Positions 28,033 to 36,818 of a stretch of 64,000 nt of DNA are shown one piece after another. The notes beneath the pieces are model-generated. The model ran no database searches, was not told the DNA's origin, and saw nothing but the letters and a program-made list of their open reading frames with translations. The position numbers and the translations under genes are program-made. This DNA is from Candidatus Amphrikana amoebophyrae. GTDB taxonomy: Bacteria > Chlamydiota > Chlamydiia > Chlamydiales > JACRBE01. Within the stretch, counting starts at the first letter, position 1. Every line of letters starts with the position of its first letter. The stretch is taken from the NCBI GenBank assembly GCA_030408475.1, contig JAUHQG010000027.1, positions 3,024-67,023 on the forward strand, in the 5' to 3' direction.

Positions 28033-28398
28033 CTAATCCTGAAAGTAGCGATCGACTGTATTGCGCAACTGGTCAGGGGTATATGGCTTAGATAAATAAT
28101 CTAAATTTGTTAAATTCACTTTGTTTTCTATCTCTTCTTTTGGATGAGCCGAAATAATAACTATAGGGGTGTTAGTTGCAATGCCACTCCCTTTAATTTG
28201 TTCACTCGTTTTAAACCCATCAATCCCTGGAAGAGTTACATCCATGAGTATCAACTCAGGAGTATGGTCTGTGCAGTATCTAACGGCAGATTCGCCATCA
28301 GCAAATCTTGTAATTTCATACCCTTTTTTATTGAGTATCTTTTCCATTAATAGTGCATTGTCATCGTCATCCTCGACAATCATAACTGTATGTGCCAT
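28033..28398 (-). CDS. Single-domain response regulator (CheY-like receiver)
   Basis: 121 aa with VMIVEDDDD (acidic pocket), LILMDVTLPG (phospho-acceptor Asp), VIISAH and YLSKPY (conserved Lys). All canonical receiver residues are present. Confidence 0.9.
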   Translation of the reverse strand: MAHTVMIVEDDDDNALLMEKILNKKGYEITRFADGESAVRYCTDHTPELILMDVTLPGIDGFKTSEQIKGSGIATNTPIVIISAHPKEEIENKVNLTNLDYLSKPYTPDQLRNTVDRYFQD

Positions 28399-28437
28399 GT
28401 TGCGCTATTCTCCATGTTTATGTGTGCCATGAAAAAC

Positions 28438-30084
28438 TCAAATAACTGAGTTTTTCATAACTTTTTCTATTTTCTTTTTGTCACCAAATTGGTGAATTTT
28501 TTCTTTTGGGAAGCATAATGAAATGACTGTCCCTTGTTTGCCGGTATCTTTTTCCAATTGAATGTAGCCGTCAAGAGCCTCTGCTATCTTCTTAGCAATA
28601 GGTAGGCCTAATCCAATTCCCCCCATTTTATCATCTATTTGAAGGGTGAAAAAGGGATCAAAGATTCTCTCTTGGTCGCTTGTCGCTATACCTAGGCCAG
28701 AATCTTTTACGGTGAGTTTTAAGGTTTCCTTATCAGTTGAAAGTGAAACATTAATTTCTCCCTGCTGCGTAAATTTAGTTGCATTTCGAATCAATTCAAG
28801 CAAAATCTGTTTGATGCGAGTGCTATCTGAAGTAATATAGTATTGATCTTCAATGTATTGCGTAATCTTGAGATCTTTTTCTTGCGCTCTAGCTTGGGAA
28901 GATAAAACGCATAACTGAACAATTTGCGCCAAATTAACCTCTTCTGGATTATAAATAACCCTTCCCCCTTCGATTTTTGATATATCTATGAGCTCATTGA
29001 TCATGAGAGTTAATTTTTTAGCTGCAGTATTGATTAGATTGATGGAGCTTTTTTGGCGCATATTAATGGGGCCATCAAACTCCTCAAGCATACAATCAGC
29101 TAATCCTAAAATAGTGGTTAAAGGGGTGCGTAATTTATAAGAGAGAGCGGATAAAAATCTATCTTTTGCCTGAGAGGCTTCTTCTGCTTTTTTTTTGCTT
29201 TCATCTAAAATTACATAGTAGATGCGGTTATCTGAGTGAAGCCCAAGTAGAGGGATAAAAATAGCGATAAGTTCCATGATATGGGAAAATCCAAGCGTTC
29301 CAAAGTCTTGAGGGCGAGGGTCGTAAATGAGGTAGGCTTCAGATGCTATATTGGGAATAAGGCTTAATATTAGTGCGTATCTAAATAAGGTGGGGTGTTG
29401 CTTAAAAAGTATGAAAAAAGAGGGAGTCAAAACGGTAAGAATCAAAAAGAGGGGAATGTATTCAAGTGCTTGGTTTCCAAAATCTTGCCCAAATATCATT
29501 TGAGTGAGCTCTCGAATGTATACTAAATAATAAAGAGCTCCACCACCCAATAGAGTCGTATATATGGTAACACTAATCACCACCAATGCAGCACTTTTGG
29601 TTTTTATTTTTTGATATATGAAGACGATAAAAGCGCAAATAGAGAGTGAGAGGGTGAAAAACAATCGGTCTTCCCACCAAGCAAAACCTATAGTATGAGT
29701 TGTAGGAAGCTCTAGCTTTAGTAACCCTTCAATAGTCAATATTTCAACTAAGTTTAAAGTGCCTAATAAAAAGAAACCTATTCCAAATATTAATGGGGCT
29801 ATATTACGTGAAAAACCAAAATTAATACAGCCAATAACTAGTATCATCAATGAAAAGCTGAAGTCTAGCCAAGTGAGAATTAAAGAGGATGTTGTAGTAA
29901 GCAGGATTGCTACAGATTCTGGTATGAAGCTTGTCCACATTTCATGCTCTTTAGAAAAGAGGGTGGTTTCAAGATGTTCAACCTCAAGGAATAAAAAAGC
30001 AAGCAAGCTGATTCCTAAAACAAGCCAAACAGAATGCTTGAATATAGGGATACGTCTTGCTTTGTTAGCGTGTTCAAACTGCAT
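28438..30084 (-). CDS. Membrane sensor histidine-kinase-like protein (HisKA + HATPase_c) whose H-box reads Tyr
   Basis: About 8 N-terminal TM helices. The DHp box reads AKDRFLSALSYKLRTPL, where the canonical form is ...SHELRTPL. The N box (LIRNATKFT), G1 (DSGLGI), F box (IFDPFF) and G2 (GGIGLGLPIA) are intact. Confidence 0.85.
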   Translation of the reverse strand: MQFEHANKARRIPIFKHSVWLVLGISLLAFLFLEVEHLETTLFSKEHEMWTSFIPESVAILLTTTSSLILTWLDFSFSLMILVIGCINFGFSRNIAPLIFGIGFFLLGTLNLVEILTIEGLLKLELPTTHTIGFAWWEDRLFFTLSLSICAFIVFIYQKIKTKSAALVVISVTIYTTLLGGGALYYLVYIRELTQMIFGQDFGNQALEYIPLFLILTVLTPSFFILFKQHPTLFRYALILSLIPNIASEAYLIYDPRPQDFGTLGFSHIMELIAIFIPLLGLHSDNRIYYVILDESKKKAEEASQAKDRFLSALSYKLRTPLTTILGLADCMLEEFDGPINMRQKSSINLINTAAKKLTLMINELIDISKIEGGRVIYNPEEVNLAQIVQLCVLSSQARAQEKDLKITQYIEDQYYITSDSTRIKQILLELIRNATKFTQQGEINVSLSTDKETLKLTVKDSGLGIATSDQERIFDPFFTLQIDDKMGGIGLGLPIAKKIAEALDGYIQLEKDTGKQGTVISLCFPKEKIHQFGDKKKIEKVMKNSVI

Positions 30085-30205
30085 AACAACTCAATATAGA
30101 TAAATTACCGGCAATTTTTCTTATATTACTTAATTTCAGTGCGGTCAATACAAATTAACATTGTAATTAACTTGTCCAACTAATTAAATAAAAGGAAAAG
30201 AGGGG

Positions 30206-31588
30206 ATGCTGCTCTTAATGGAAACTTTTTTTAAGACATCTAATCTAATTTTGATGTATTACTTTCTGGCTATCAATACGTTATATGCGCTTTTGATTGC
30301 CCTTTCCATTCCTGCTATTTATAAGCGTTTTAAGTCAGTTGGTCTTGAAGATATCTCAAAACTTTTAAAATCAGAGTCATTGCCTACAATTTCTATAGTC
30401 TTGCCTGTATATAATGAAGGGCTGGGTGGAATTGCGGCTGTTCATAATTTATTAGAGCTTCACTACCCGAGTAAAGACTTAATAGTGGTTAATGATGGAT
30501 CTCCCGATAACACCATGGAGCTTTTGATTAATGAATTTGAACTGGTAGAAACTTTTGCAATGCCAAATGGAAACTTACCTACAGAGAAAGTATCAAAAGC
30601 GTATAGATCCAAGAGGTTTTCTAACCTACTTGTTTTAGATAAAGAAAATGGCGGTAAAAGCGACGCTAATAACTGCGGAATTAACTATAGTTTTGCCAAG
30701 CTCTATTTAAATGTAGATGGAGATACCATTTTAGAAAATGATGCCCTTTTGCGAATGGTGCGACCATTTCTCACCGAGAAACTAATTCTTTGTCAAGGAG
30801 CTACTATTCGCATACTTAATGGGTGCACGGTTAAAAATGGAAAGATTACCAATGTTGAACTTCCTCGAAATTATTGGGCCGGAATACAGATTGTTGAATA
30901 TATGAGGTCATTTATCTATGGAAAGTTAGGTTGGAATAGTTTGGGGGGAAATCTAATTGTATCGGGAGCTTTTGGCTTGTTTGATAGAAAGGCTGTGATT
31001 GAGTGTGGCGGTTATAATACTAAGGCAATTGGAGAAGATTTTGAATTAACGATGACGCTTACAATGAAAAGGCGTTTAGAGAAAGAGAAAGCTAAAGCGG
31101 TGATGTTTATTCCTGATCCTGTTGCTTGGACAGATGTTCCACCCACCTATTCAGAGCTTGGGACTCAAAGAGCTCGTTGGCACCAGGGGTTATGTGACAC
31201 AATGTGGATTCATAAAGACATGTTTTTTAATCCGAAGTATGGAATGACAGGCATGCTGGGTTATCCTTATATGTTCTTTGGAGAGCTTATTGAACCGCTT
31301 GTAGAGACATTTGCCTATTTTTTGATCTTTTTTGGAATTAGTTTAGGCTATTTGACATGGAGAGATGGCCTTTTAGTTTTGATGGTTTCATGGGGATTGA
31401 CTTCAATTATGACAATGATTGCGGTGGTAATGGAAGTGTCTACATTTCGTAGATATAAGAGATTAGGCCAATTTGCTTTGTTATTTATGTACACTTTTTT
31501 AGAGGTATTAGGTTATCGCCAGATGTATATTTGGTGGAGATTCAAGGGTTTTTGGAGATATTTCAAGAGCACTAAGGGGTATTATTAA
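30206..31588 (+). CDS. Processive family-2 glycosyltransferase (PgaC/IcaA/NodC/chitin- or cellulose-synthase-like)
   Basis: SIVLPVYNE, VVNDGSPDNT, VDGDT (DXD), GEDFELT and the QRARW (QxxRW) processivity motif. There are one or two TM helices at the N-terminus and about three after the catalytic domain. AGAGGGG precedes the ATG. Confidence 0.85.
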   Translation: MLLLMETFFKTSNLILMYYFLAINTLYALLIALSIPAIYKRFKSVGLEDISKLLKSESLPTISIVLPVYNEGLGGIAAVHNLLELHYPSKDLIVVNDGSPDNTMELLINEFELVETFAMPNGNLPTEKVSKAYRSKRFSNLLVLDKENGGKSDANNCGINYSFAKLYLNVDGDTILENDALLRMVRPFLTEKLILCQGATIRILNGCTVKNGKITNVELPRNYWAGIQIVEYMRSFIYGKLGWNSLGGNLIVSGAFGLFDRKAVIECGGYNTKAIGEDFELTMTLTMKRRLEKEKAKAVMFIPDPVAWTDVPPTYSELGTQRARWHQGLCDTMWIHKDMFFNPKYGMTGMLGYPYMFFGELIEPLVETFAYFLIFFGISLGYLTWRDGLLVLMVSWGLTSIMTMIAVVMEVSTFRRYKRLGQFALLFMYTFLEVLGYRQMYIWWRFKGFWRYFKSTKGYY

Positions 31589-31591
31589 GAG

Positions 31592-33217
31592 ATGAAAAAA
31601 TGGATCTATCTACTTATGTTTGCTTTTTGTATATCTGTTGCTGCTCAAGAAAAATTAACTGATGAGCAAACCTACGGCTTGATTAAAAAGGCAACGCAAT
31701 TTGAAGACGAGAAGCAGTATAAAGAGGCTATTAACATATATAAAGAGCTCTTAATTGATAAGCCCATAAATCGTGAATATCTTCATCGAATAGCTCTTTT
31801 ATACTATCGAGATCAAGAATATAGAGAATCGGAAAAATATTACTTAGCCATTTTAAAGTGGTATGGTACAGATATCGAAGCTTCAATTTGGCTAGCCCGT
31901 ATTTATTACAGGCAACAAAAATTTAAGCTAGCTCAGCAATATTTGGAGCCAGTGATTGAAAAACATCCCGATTATATTGAAGCAGCCGTGTTGCTTGTTC
32001 GTATATATATGGCTTTAGATGAGTGGGAAAAAGCTGAAGAGAGATTAGAAGCAACAGTTGCACTTGACCCTGATGATGTAACCGTAATCAACTTACTTGG
32101 AAATGTTTATGTCCATAATGGTCAATATTCAAATGCTTATAATGAATATAAAAAAGCATGGATAGAATCAGGTGGTGACATCGCATATCTCGATAGAATG
32201 ATTGGGGTGAGGGATGCGGCAAGGCCGCATGCTAGAACTACAGTTGCATTTTCTCAAGAGAGAGAAATAGATTTAGTCTCTCAACTTTTAACTACTCAAA
32301 TTAACACATGGTTTACAGAGTTTTCTTATAATTATCCTCTAAGAGATAATGTACAAGTGTATGCGAAAGGGATGTATAGTCCTGAGCAACAATTTAATAA
32401 GATATCAAATCGCAATAATTACTACGTTAATAATTATGCAAACACGCTAGGCTTTGAGTATAAGTATTTTAACTATTTAACACTTAAAATGCAGTCACAT
32501 CTTAAGTGGGGGACGAATAAGGGTAAAAATAATATATTCCCTTTTGACACACAAACGTCTTGGGAGCCTTTGGTCTCACTTCGCGTGGGTAATTCTCACG
32601 TTAATTATGCTGCTTCAATATATAAAGAGTCATTTGTAGGAAGAGATTTTTCAGATTTAGTTGCTATGTATGTGAGAAAACGCTCAGTGCTAAATGGGGT
32701 TAATTTTAGATTTTTCAATGGCAAATCGATAGTGGGAGGTGATGGAACGTTGAGTATTTATACGGGATCACGTCAAAACCGTCTTCGAGAGTTTAATTTA
32801 TTTGCGATACAAAGAATTGATACTAAACCTATTGCTGCGATAATTGAATATAAATATCTCTATGGAAATTTCACAAAAGTGGATAAGGAGTATTTTTCAT
32901 ATAGGGCAAGATATCGTCACTTTGGAACCTTGAGGCTTATTCGGCCGTGGGGCGGTCGCAATGCTATTGAAGCTCGTTACACTTTTAAATGGCAAAAGTT
33001 GCGAGAATTTGTCAACGTGGCGGAAGAGATTTCGGCTAATAATGCTAGGCCTCCTCAAGAGCTATTGCTCAATATATTAACAGCCAATGAATTTGAATTA
33101 GTGGGAAAATTCTCAATTAGGGATCATTTCACTGTGGAAGGGGGGATTAATTACTACTTTGATAGTAATCAGTATAAGACGATGGGGGGTAACCTCAAAG
33201 TGAACTACTACTTCTAG
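31592..33217 (+). CDS. TPR-repeat plus C-terminal beta-barrel outer-membrane protein (PgaA/BcsC-like exporter architecture)
   Basis: It starts 4 nt after the GT2 stop. Signal peptide MKKWIYLLMFAFCISVAAQ, about 5 TPR-like repeats (aa ~25-200), then about 330 aa of alternating beta-strand pattern ending ...GGNLKVNYYF. Confidence 0.7.
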   Translation: MKKWIYLLMFAFCISVAAQEKLTDEQTYGLIKKATQFEDEKQYKEAINIYKELLIDKPINREYLHRIALLYYRDQEYRESEKYYLAILKWYGTDIEASIWLARIYYRQQKFKLAQQYLEPVIEKHPDYIEAAVLLVRIYMALDEWEKAEERLEATVALDPDDVTVINLLGNVYVHNGQYSNAYNEYKKAWIESGGDIAYLDRMIGVRDAARPHARTTVAFSQEREIDLVSQLLTTQINTWFTEFSYNYPLRDNVQVYAKGMYSPEQQFNKISNRNNYYVNNYANTLGFEYKYFNYLTLKMQSHLKWGTNKGKNNIFPFDTQTSWEPLVSLRVGNSHVNYAASIYKESFVGRDFSDLVAMYVRKRSVLNGVNFRFFNGKSIVGGDGTLSIYTGSRQNRLREFNLFAIQRIDTKPIAAIIEYKYLYGNFTKVDKEYFSYRARYRHFGTLRLIRPWGGRNAIEARYTFKWQKLREFVNVAEEISANNARPPQELLLNILTANEFELVGKFSIRDHFTVEGGINYYFDSNQYKTMGGNLKVNYYF

Positions 33218-33503
33218 AGTGTGTTGAAACACAAGTTTAGTTAGTTGAGCATCGTCTTTTTGTGATCTTTTGCAAAAAAAGTTGCAGCTCACTGTACTTC
33301 AGTACAAGTTTCGCTCCAATTTTTGCCAAATATCAACAAAAATCCGACACTCTTTCTGAACTGACTTTCGGCGATCTTTCATTTTTTATAAAAATAAAAT
33401 CTCATCCAAAATCCATGTCCAGAAAACCTTTTAAATAGGTTGATTAAACTGTTTTTTGAAATGGCTGTTACATACAACTTGGGTTGTTAGATAAAGATGT
33501 TTT

Positions 33504-34748
33504 TTAACTCGCTTTTTCGAGGTTCTCCGTCTCTATGCCTAGTGCCTGGTTATAATATTTTACTCGCTCTTCTGTAATCGCTTTCCATGAAAAGGTTTGC
33601 GCGACATCTAACGCTTTTTGTGAAAGCTCAATCTTTTGATCATAAGGTAGATGCGCTAGCTTTAAAATTGCAGATGCTAACTCGTTGTCATTGGCAGGAG
33701 GCACTAACTTGCCTACAACAAAGTCACGAAGCCCTCCAACTGAAGTTGAGACAAGGGGCAATCCACAAGCCATTGATTCTAAACATGCTATTCCAAAACC
33801 TTCGGAGCGAGAGGGGAGAATGCCAAAATCACAAATATTGTGGATTTCAGCGAGCTCTTCCATGGTGCGATGGCCCAGGAAGTGAACCCTGTCAAATAGA
33901 AATTCCTCTTTTGAGTCAATGTCAATGACATCTTCAATTTTTCCCGAGCCTAATATTATGAAGTGGATGTTCTCTTTTGATTCAATTAACTTGTTGGCTT
34001 TTAAAAGTATGTCTATCCCTTTTGTCTTAGAAATTTTGCCAGCAAAACTAAATATGGTGGCGTCTTCAGGGATATCTAAGCAATAATGATTCAGCACTTC
34101 TTGTCTATTGAGCTCTCGTTTTTGAAATATTTCTTTGTCGTACCCGTTAGTGATGATTTTAACTTTGTCTTTGGAAACGTTATAGAGTCTTACTACTTCT
34201 TCAGCTACATATTTAGAAATGGCAAAAATGTATTTTGCATTGTGGGCAGCTTCAATAGCAATGGGTTGAATTCTTTCATCATACAAAAATCCCATTTGAT
34301 CTGAGTGATGAGCTGTACAGACATAAGGAATTCCAGCTTCTTCGATAATCTTTTCCATGGTCCAAATATGTTGACATTCTACTATGTCGGGCTGAAAGTC
34401 TTTAATTTCTTGTAACAGACTTTCTCGTAAACAATCGTAGTAAAAGGCAAACTCAGATTCAGAAAGTTCTCGATAGGTTCGTTTATGTTCTGGCACACGC
34501 GGATGGGGATCTGGAATCATAAGGGGAAAGGTTTCTATTGAGAAGTTTTCATTGCGAATGGGGAACTTCCAAATCTTATAAATTTCTTTATTGTCGTAAT
34601 AGAGGTTGATGTCTTTAGAGTCTATTCCAGCATCAGGAAAAAAAAGGCGCACTTCATGTCCCATTTTTATGAGAGCGTGAAGTACTGCATTAGCTACAGT
34701 GAAGCTGCCGGTTCCCCATGGACCAGTGTTTGTAATCAAAATCTTCAT
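33504..34748 (-). CDS. Glycosyltransferase family 4 (GT-B, retaining)
   Basis: C-terminal EGFGIACLESMACGLPLVSTSVGGLRDFV (EX7E-type motif) and an N-terminal MKILITNTGPWGTGS Rossmann start. Confidence 0.85.
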   Translation of the reverse strand: MKILITNTGPWGTGSFTVANAVLHALIKMGHEVRLFFPDAGIDSKDINLYYDNKEIYKIWKFPIRNENFSIETFPLMIPDPHPRVPEHKRTYRELSESEFAFYYDCLRESLLQEIKDFQPDIVECQHIWTMEKIIEEAGIPYVCTAHHSDQMGFLYDERIQPIAIEAAHNAKYIFAISKYVAEEVVRLYNVSKDKVKIITNGYDKEIFQKRELNRQEVLNHYCLDIPEDATIFSFAGKISKTKGIDILLKANKLIESKENIHFIILGSGKIEDVIDIDSKEEFLFDRVHFLGHRTMEELAEIHNICDFGILPSRSEGFGIACLESMACGLPLVSTSVGGLRDFVVGKLVPPANDNELASAILKLAHLPYDQKIELSQKALDVAQTFSWKAITEERVKYYNQALGIETENLEKAS

Positions 34749-34797
34749 GAAACCGCCATTTTATTGACTAATTAGCGGAATTTTAATATTAACTCAA

Positions 34798-35811
34798 TTA
34801 ATTATCATCTTTGTTTATTTTGTTTATTACAAACACTGTAATCAAGCTAATTAGAAGAGAAAGAAAAACTAAACAGTTTTTCTTTTCTTTGTCTTGTTCT
34901 AATAAATATTGTTGTTTTACTTTTATTAAAAGGTTGGTCTCTACAAATTTTGAAGCAGTGCACATTATGTGTTCTATATTTTTAGTATGTAGTATTCTAC
35001 CTCTGCTTTTTAAAGTGGCTATAGTTTGTATAATTTTTCGATGTCTCTTTCTATAGAGAGTAACACTTTCTTTGCTGCTTAGTAAATCAGTATCATAGGA
35101 AGTATCCATAGATTTGCGACTTTGTGCAAAAGGGATCATTGAAGAGGGTATATTGAAAGTTTCGATTACAAACTCAACTTGGTTGGCAACTTTGCTAGAT
35201 AGTTTTAAGTTGAGTTTGTGTTTAGGCTTGCGTAAGAAAAATTGGTGCGTTGATTGCAAGGCGCAAAAAGAGAGTATTCGACAGCCTAAGAGGGAAGCTT
35301 GCCATTTACCAATAGAATAACAAATTGTAACGGCATGTTTAAAAGAGCAACTTTGAAATATTTTGATGATTTCATCATGAACCCCTAGACTGTCTAGAGA
35401 AATGAATTGGTGTTGCCTTGTTTTTTCTTGATAACGTACATATATGGGGGTGACATGTCGAGCTTGTTTTGAATATATAACCATTCCCAATGTTTTCATC
35501 GGGAGATCGGATTGAATGAATCGAGCTAGAGTTGTGATATTTATAACTCTAATATCGAGATCACAGCTTATTTTAATTGCTTGAGAGCAAAGTTTCATCC
35601 CCTGCAAGGTTAAACAGGGAGTGAGATCCATATTTACATCTTTATACTTTTGATTGTAAGTGAGATACTCTTTCTTAGCATGTGCATTATAGATAGTTTG
35701 TATTTCAATATTTAATTGGTCAGCGACTTTTTGAGCGTTTGCAACAGTTGACCCATGATCATAGTCAACCTTAGGTGTTGGCTTTAGACTATATATGGGT
35801 GAAAGGGTCAC
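34798..35811 (-). CDS. Putative CE-clan cysteine protease / acetyltransferase (Ulp1-SENP / ChlaDub / YopJ-like) with a C-terminal TM anchor
   Basis: Ordered His...Asp...Gln-x5-Cys pattern: ARHVTPIYVRY ... FISLDSLG ... KWQASLLGCRILS. H to D is 21 aa and D to C is 37 aa. The C-terminal hydrophobic helix is LVFLSLLISLITVFVI. AGGAG lies 5 nt upstream of the GTG start. Confidence 0.45.
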   Translation of the reverse strand: MTLSPIYSLKPTPKVDYDHGSTVANAQKVADQLNIEIQTIYNAHAKKEYLTYNQKYKDVNMDLTPCLTLQGMKLCSQAIKISCDLDIRVINITTLARFIQSDLPMKTLGMVIYSKQARHVTPIYVRYQEKTRQHQFISLDSLGVHDEIIKIFQSCSFKHAVTICYSIGKWQASLLGCRILSFCALQSTHQFFLRKPKHKLNLKLSSKVANQVEFVIETFNIPSSMIPFAQSRKSMDTSYDTDLLSSKESVTLYRKRHRKIIQTIATLKSRGRILHTKNIEHIMCTASKFVETNLLIKVKQQYLLEQDKEKKNCLVFLSLLISLITVFVINKINKDDN

Positions 35812-35995
35812 GGGCGCTCCTGTTTTGTTGAGGCACTATATATAGATAGTTTTTTGAAGGCAAGTAGATTCTATCAGAAAATAAAACGTAAGTGTCATAG
35901 GATAAGTCGGGTAGGAATTTGTAATTAATTAGCTCATTAGTTATAGCCCAAGTTATGTCTAAAACTTTGGTTTATATATTGAGTAAGGGGAAAGT

Positions 35996-36817
35996 GTGAG
36001 TGGTATAGGAGGTGTTGGGTCAGTATCAGCAGGTAGTTACAATAATGATGGTATTAATGTAGATGTAATTTTGTCTAAGCTAGCCACAGAGTTGTCTGAT
36101 TTAAGTAAAAATACCCAATCTGACCCAGAGCAACTACTTTTAGATTTAAAAAACACAAAAAGTGAGCTTGAGCAAGTAACAACTTTGCCATCAGGTCAAA
36201 ATAAATCTAACTTTCAGTATTTAGAAAAATTGGTTCATAATATAATTGTATTTGTAACTGAATTTTATCCTGGTAATTGTGTAATTGCAGGTTGTGATGC
36301 GAACATCCCTTTTCAGGCAGCTCTTCAAGTAATGCAACACGAGATTGAGCTTTGGAATATTAATATAGAGACAGGTTCGGATTTAGATTCTTCAATGGAC
36401 ACATATAAAGCAATGGAGAGTGATCTAGTTTTGATAGGCTCTAATCCTATGATTGTAGCTCATTCAACTTCTACCTCTTTTTCTATATCCGATATAAAGA
36501 ATGCTAAAACCCTTTCATATTTAGCATTAATGAATTTTTTCACTACTGCTTTAACGAGTCAATCTCTTACTAATTCATTCGCCTCGCCTATGTTAGATCT
36601 TTTGGTGAATGTAGCTTCATTTGCTAAAGAGGTGTATGTTCCATTTGCTAATGCAATCAATTTATTGCCTTCAAATGGCAAACTAAATTGGAATGAACTT
36701 GAAAAAAAATATCCTTCATTATTTAAATTTGCAAACCAACTATATGATTGGTTTGAATCTAGTGAAAAATCGGGGATTTTAACAGCTATTGAAAAAGTAA
36801 ATCCTGATCTGCCATAG
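35996..36817 (+). CDS. Hypothetical protein
   Basis: 273-aa ORF with a GTG start after AAGGGGAAA. No signal peptide or TM segment, no family recognised. Confidence 0.5.
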   Translation: MSGIGGVGSVSAGSYNNDGINVDVILSKLATELSDLSKNTQSDPEQLLLDLKNTKSELEQVTTLPSGQNKSNFQYLEKLVHNIIVFVTEFYPGNCVIAGCDANIPFQAALQVMQHEIELWNINIETGSDLDSSMDTYKAMESDLVLIGSNPMIVAHSTSTSFSISDIKNAKTLSYLALMNFFTTALTSQSLTNSFASPMLDLLVNVASFAKEVYVPFANAINLLPSNGKLNWNELEKKYPSLFKFANQLYDWFESSEKSGILTAIEKVNPDLP

Positions 36818-36818
36818 C

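Noticed and set aside
30085-30205. Sigma-54 (-24/-12) promoter in the kinase/GT2 divergent spacer
   Set aside because: CGGCAATTTTTCTTAT has the GG element but no GC at the -12 position, so it does not match TGGCAC-N5-TTGC well enough.
33218-33503. 286-bp gap between convergent genes, with hairpins (GTGTT-gaa-ACAC, TGTACT-tc-AGTACA) and a 27-codon minus-strand ORF (MKDRRKSVQKECRIFVDIWQKLERNLY)
   Set aside because: The ORF is too short, has no SD and has no recognisable homology. The hairpins are plausible bidirectional terminators but weak, so I did not annotate them.
35945-35962. 17/18-nt direct repeat AGCCCAAGTT(A/G)TGTCTAA at 35945..35962 and 39034..39051, bracketing a 3.1-kb segment that contains the tRNA (possible att-like sites)
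   Set aside because: A rough estimate suggests a 17/18 match can occur by chance a few times among all position pairs in 64 kb. I saw no integrase or other mobile-element genes between the copies. It could be rechecked genome-wide.
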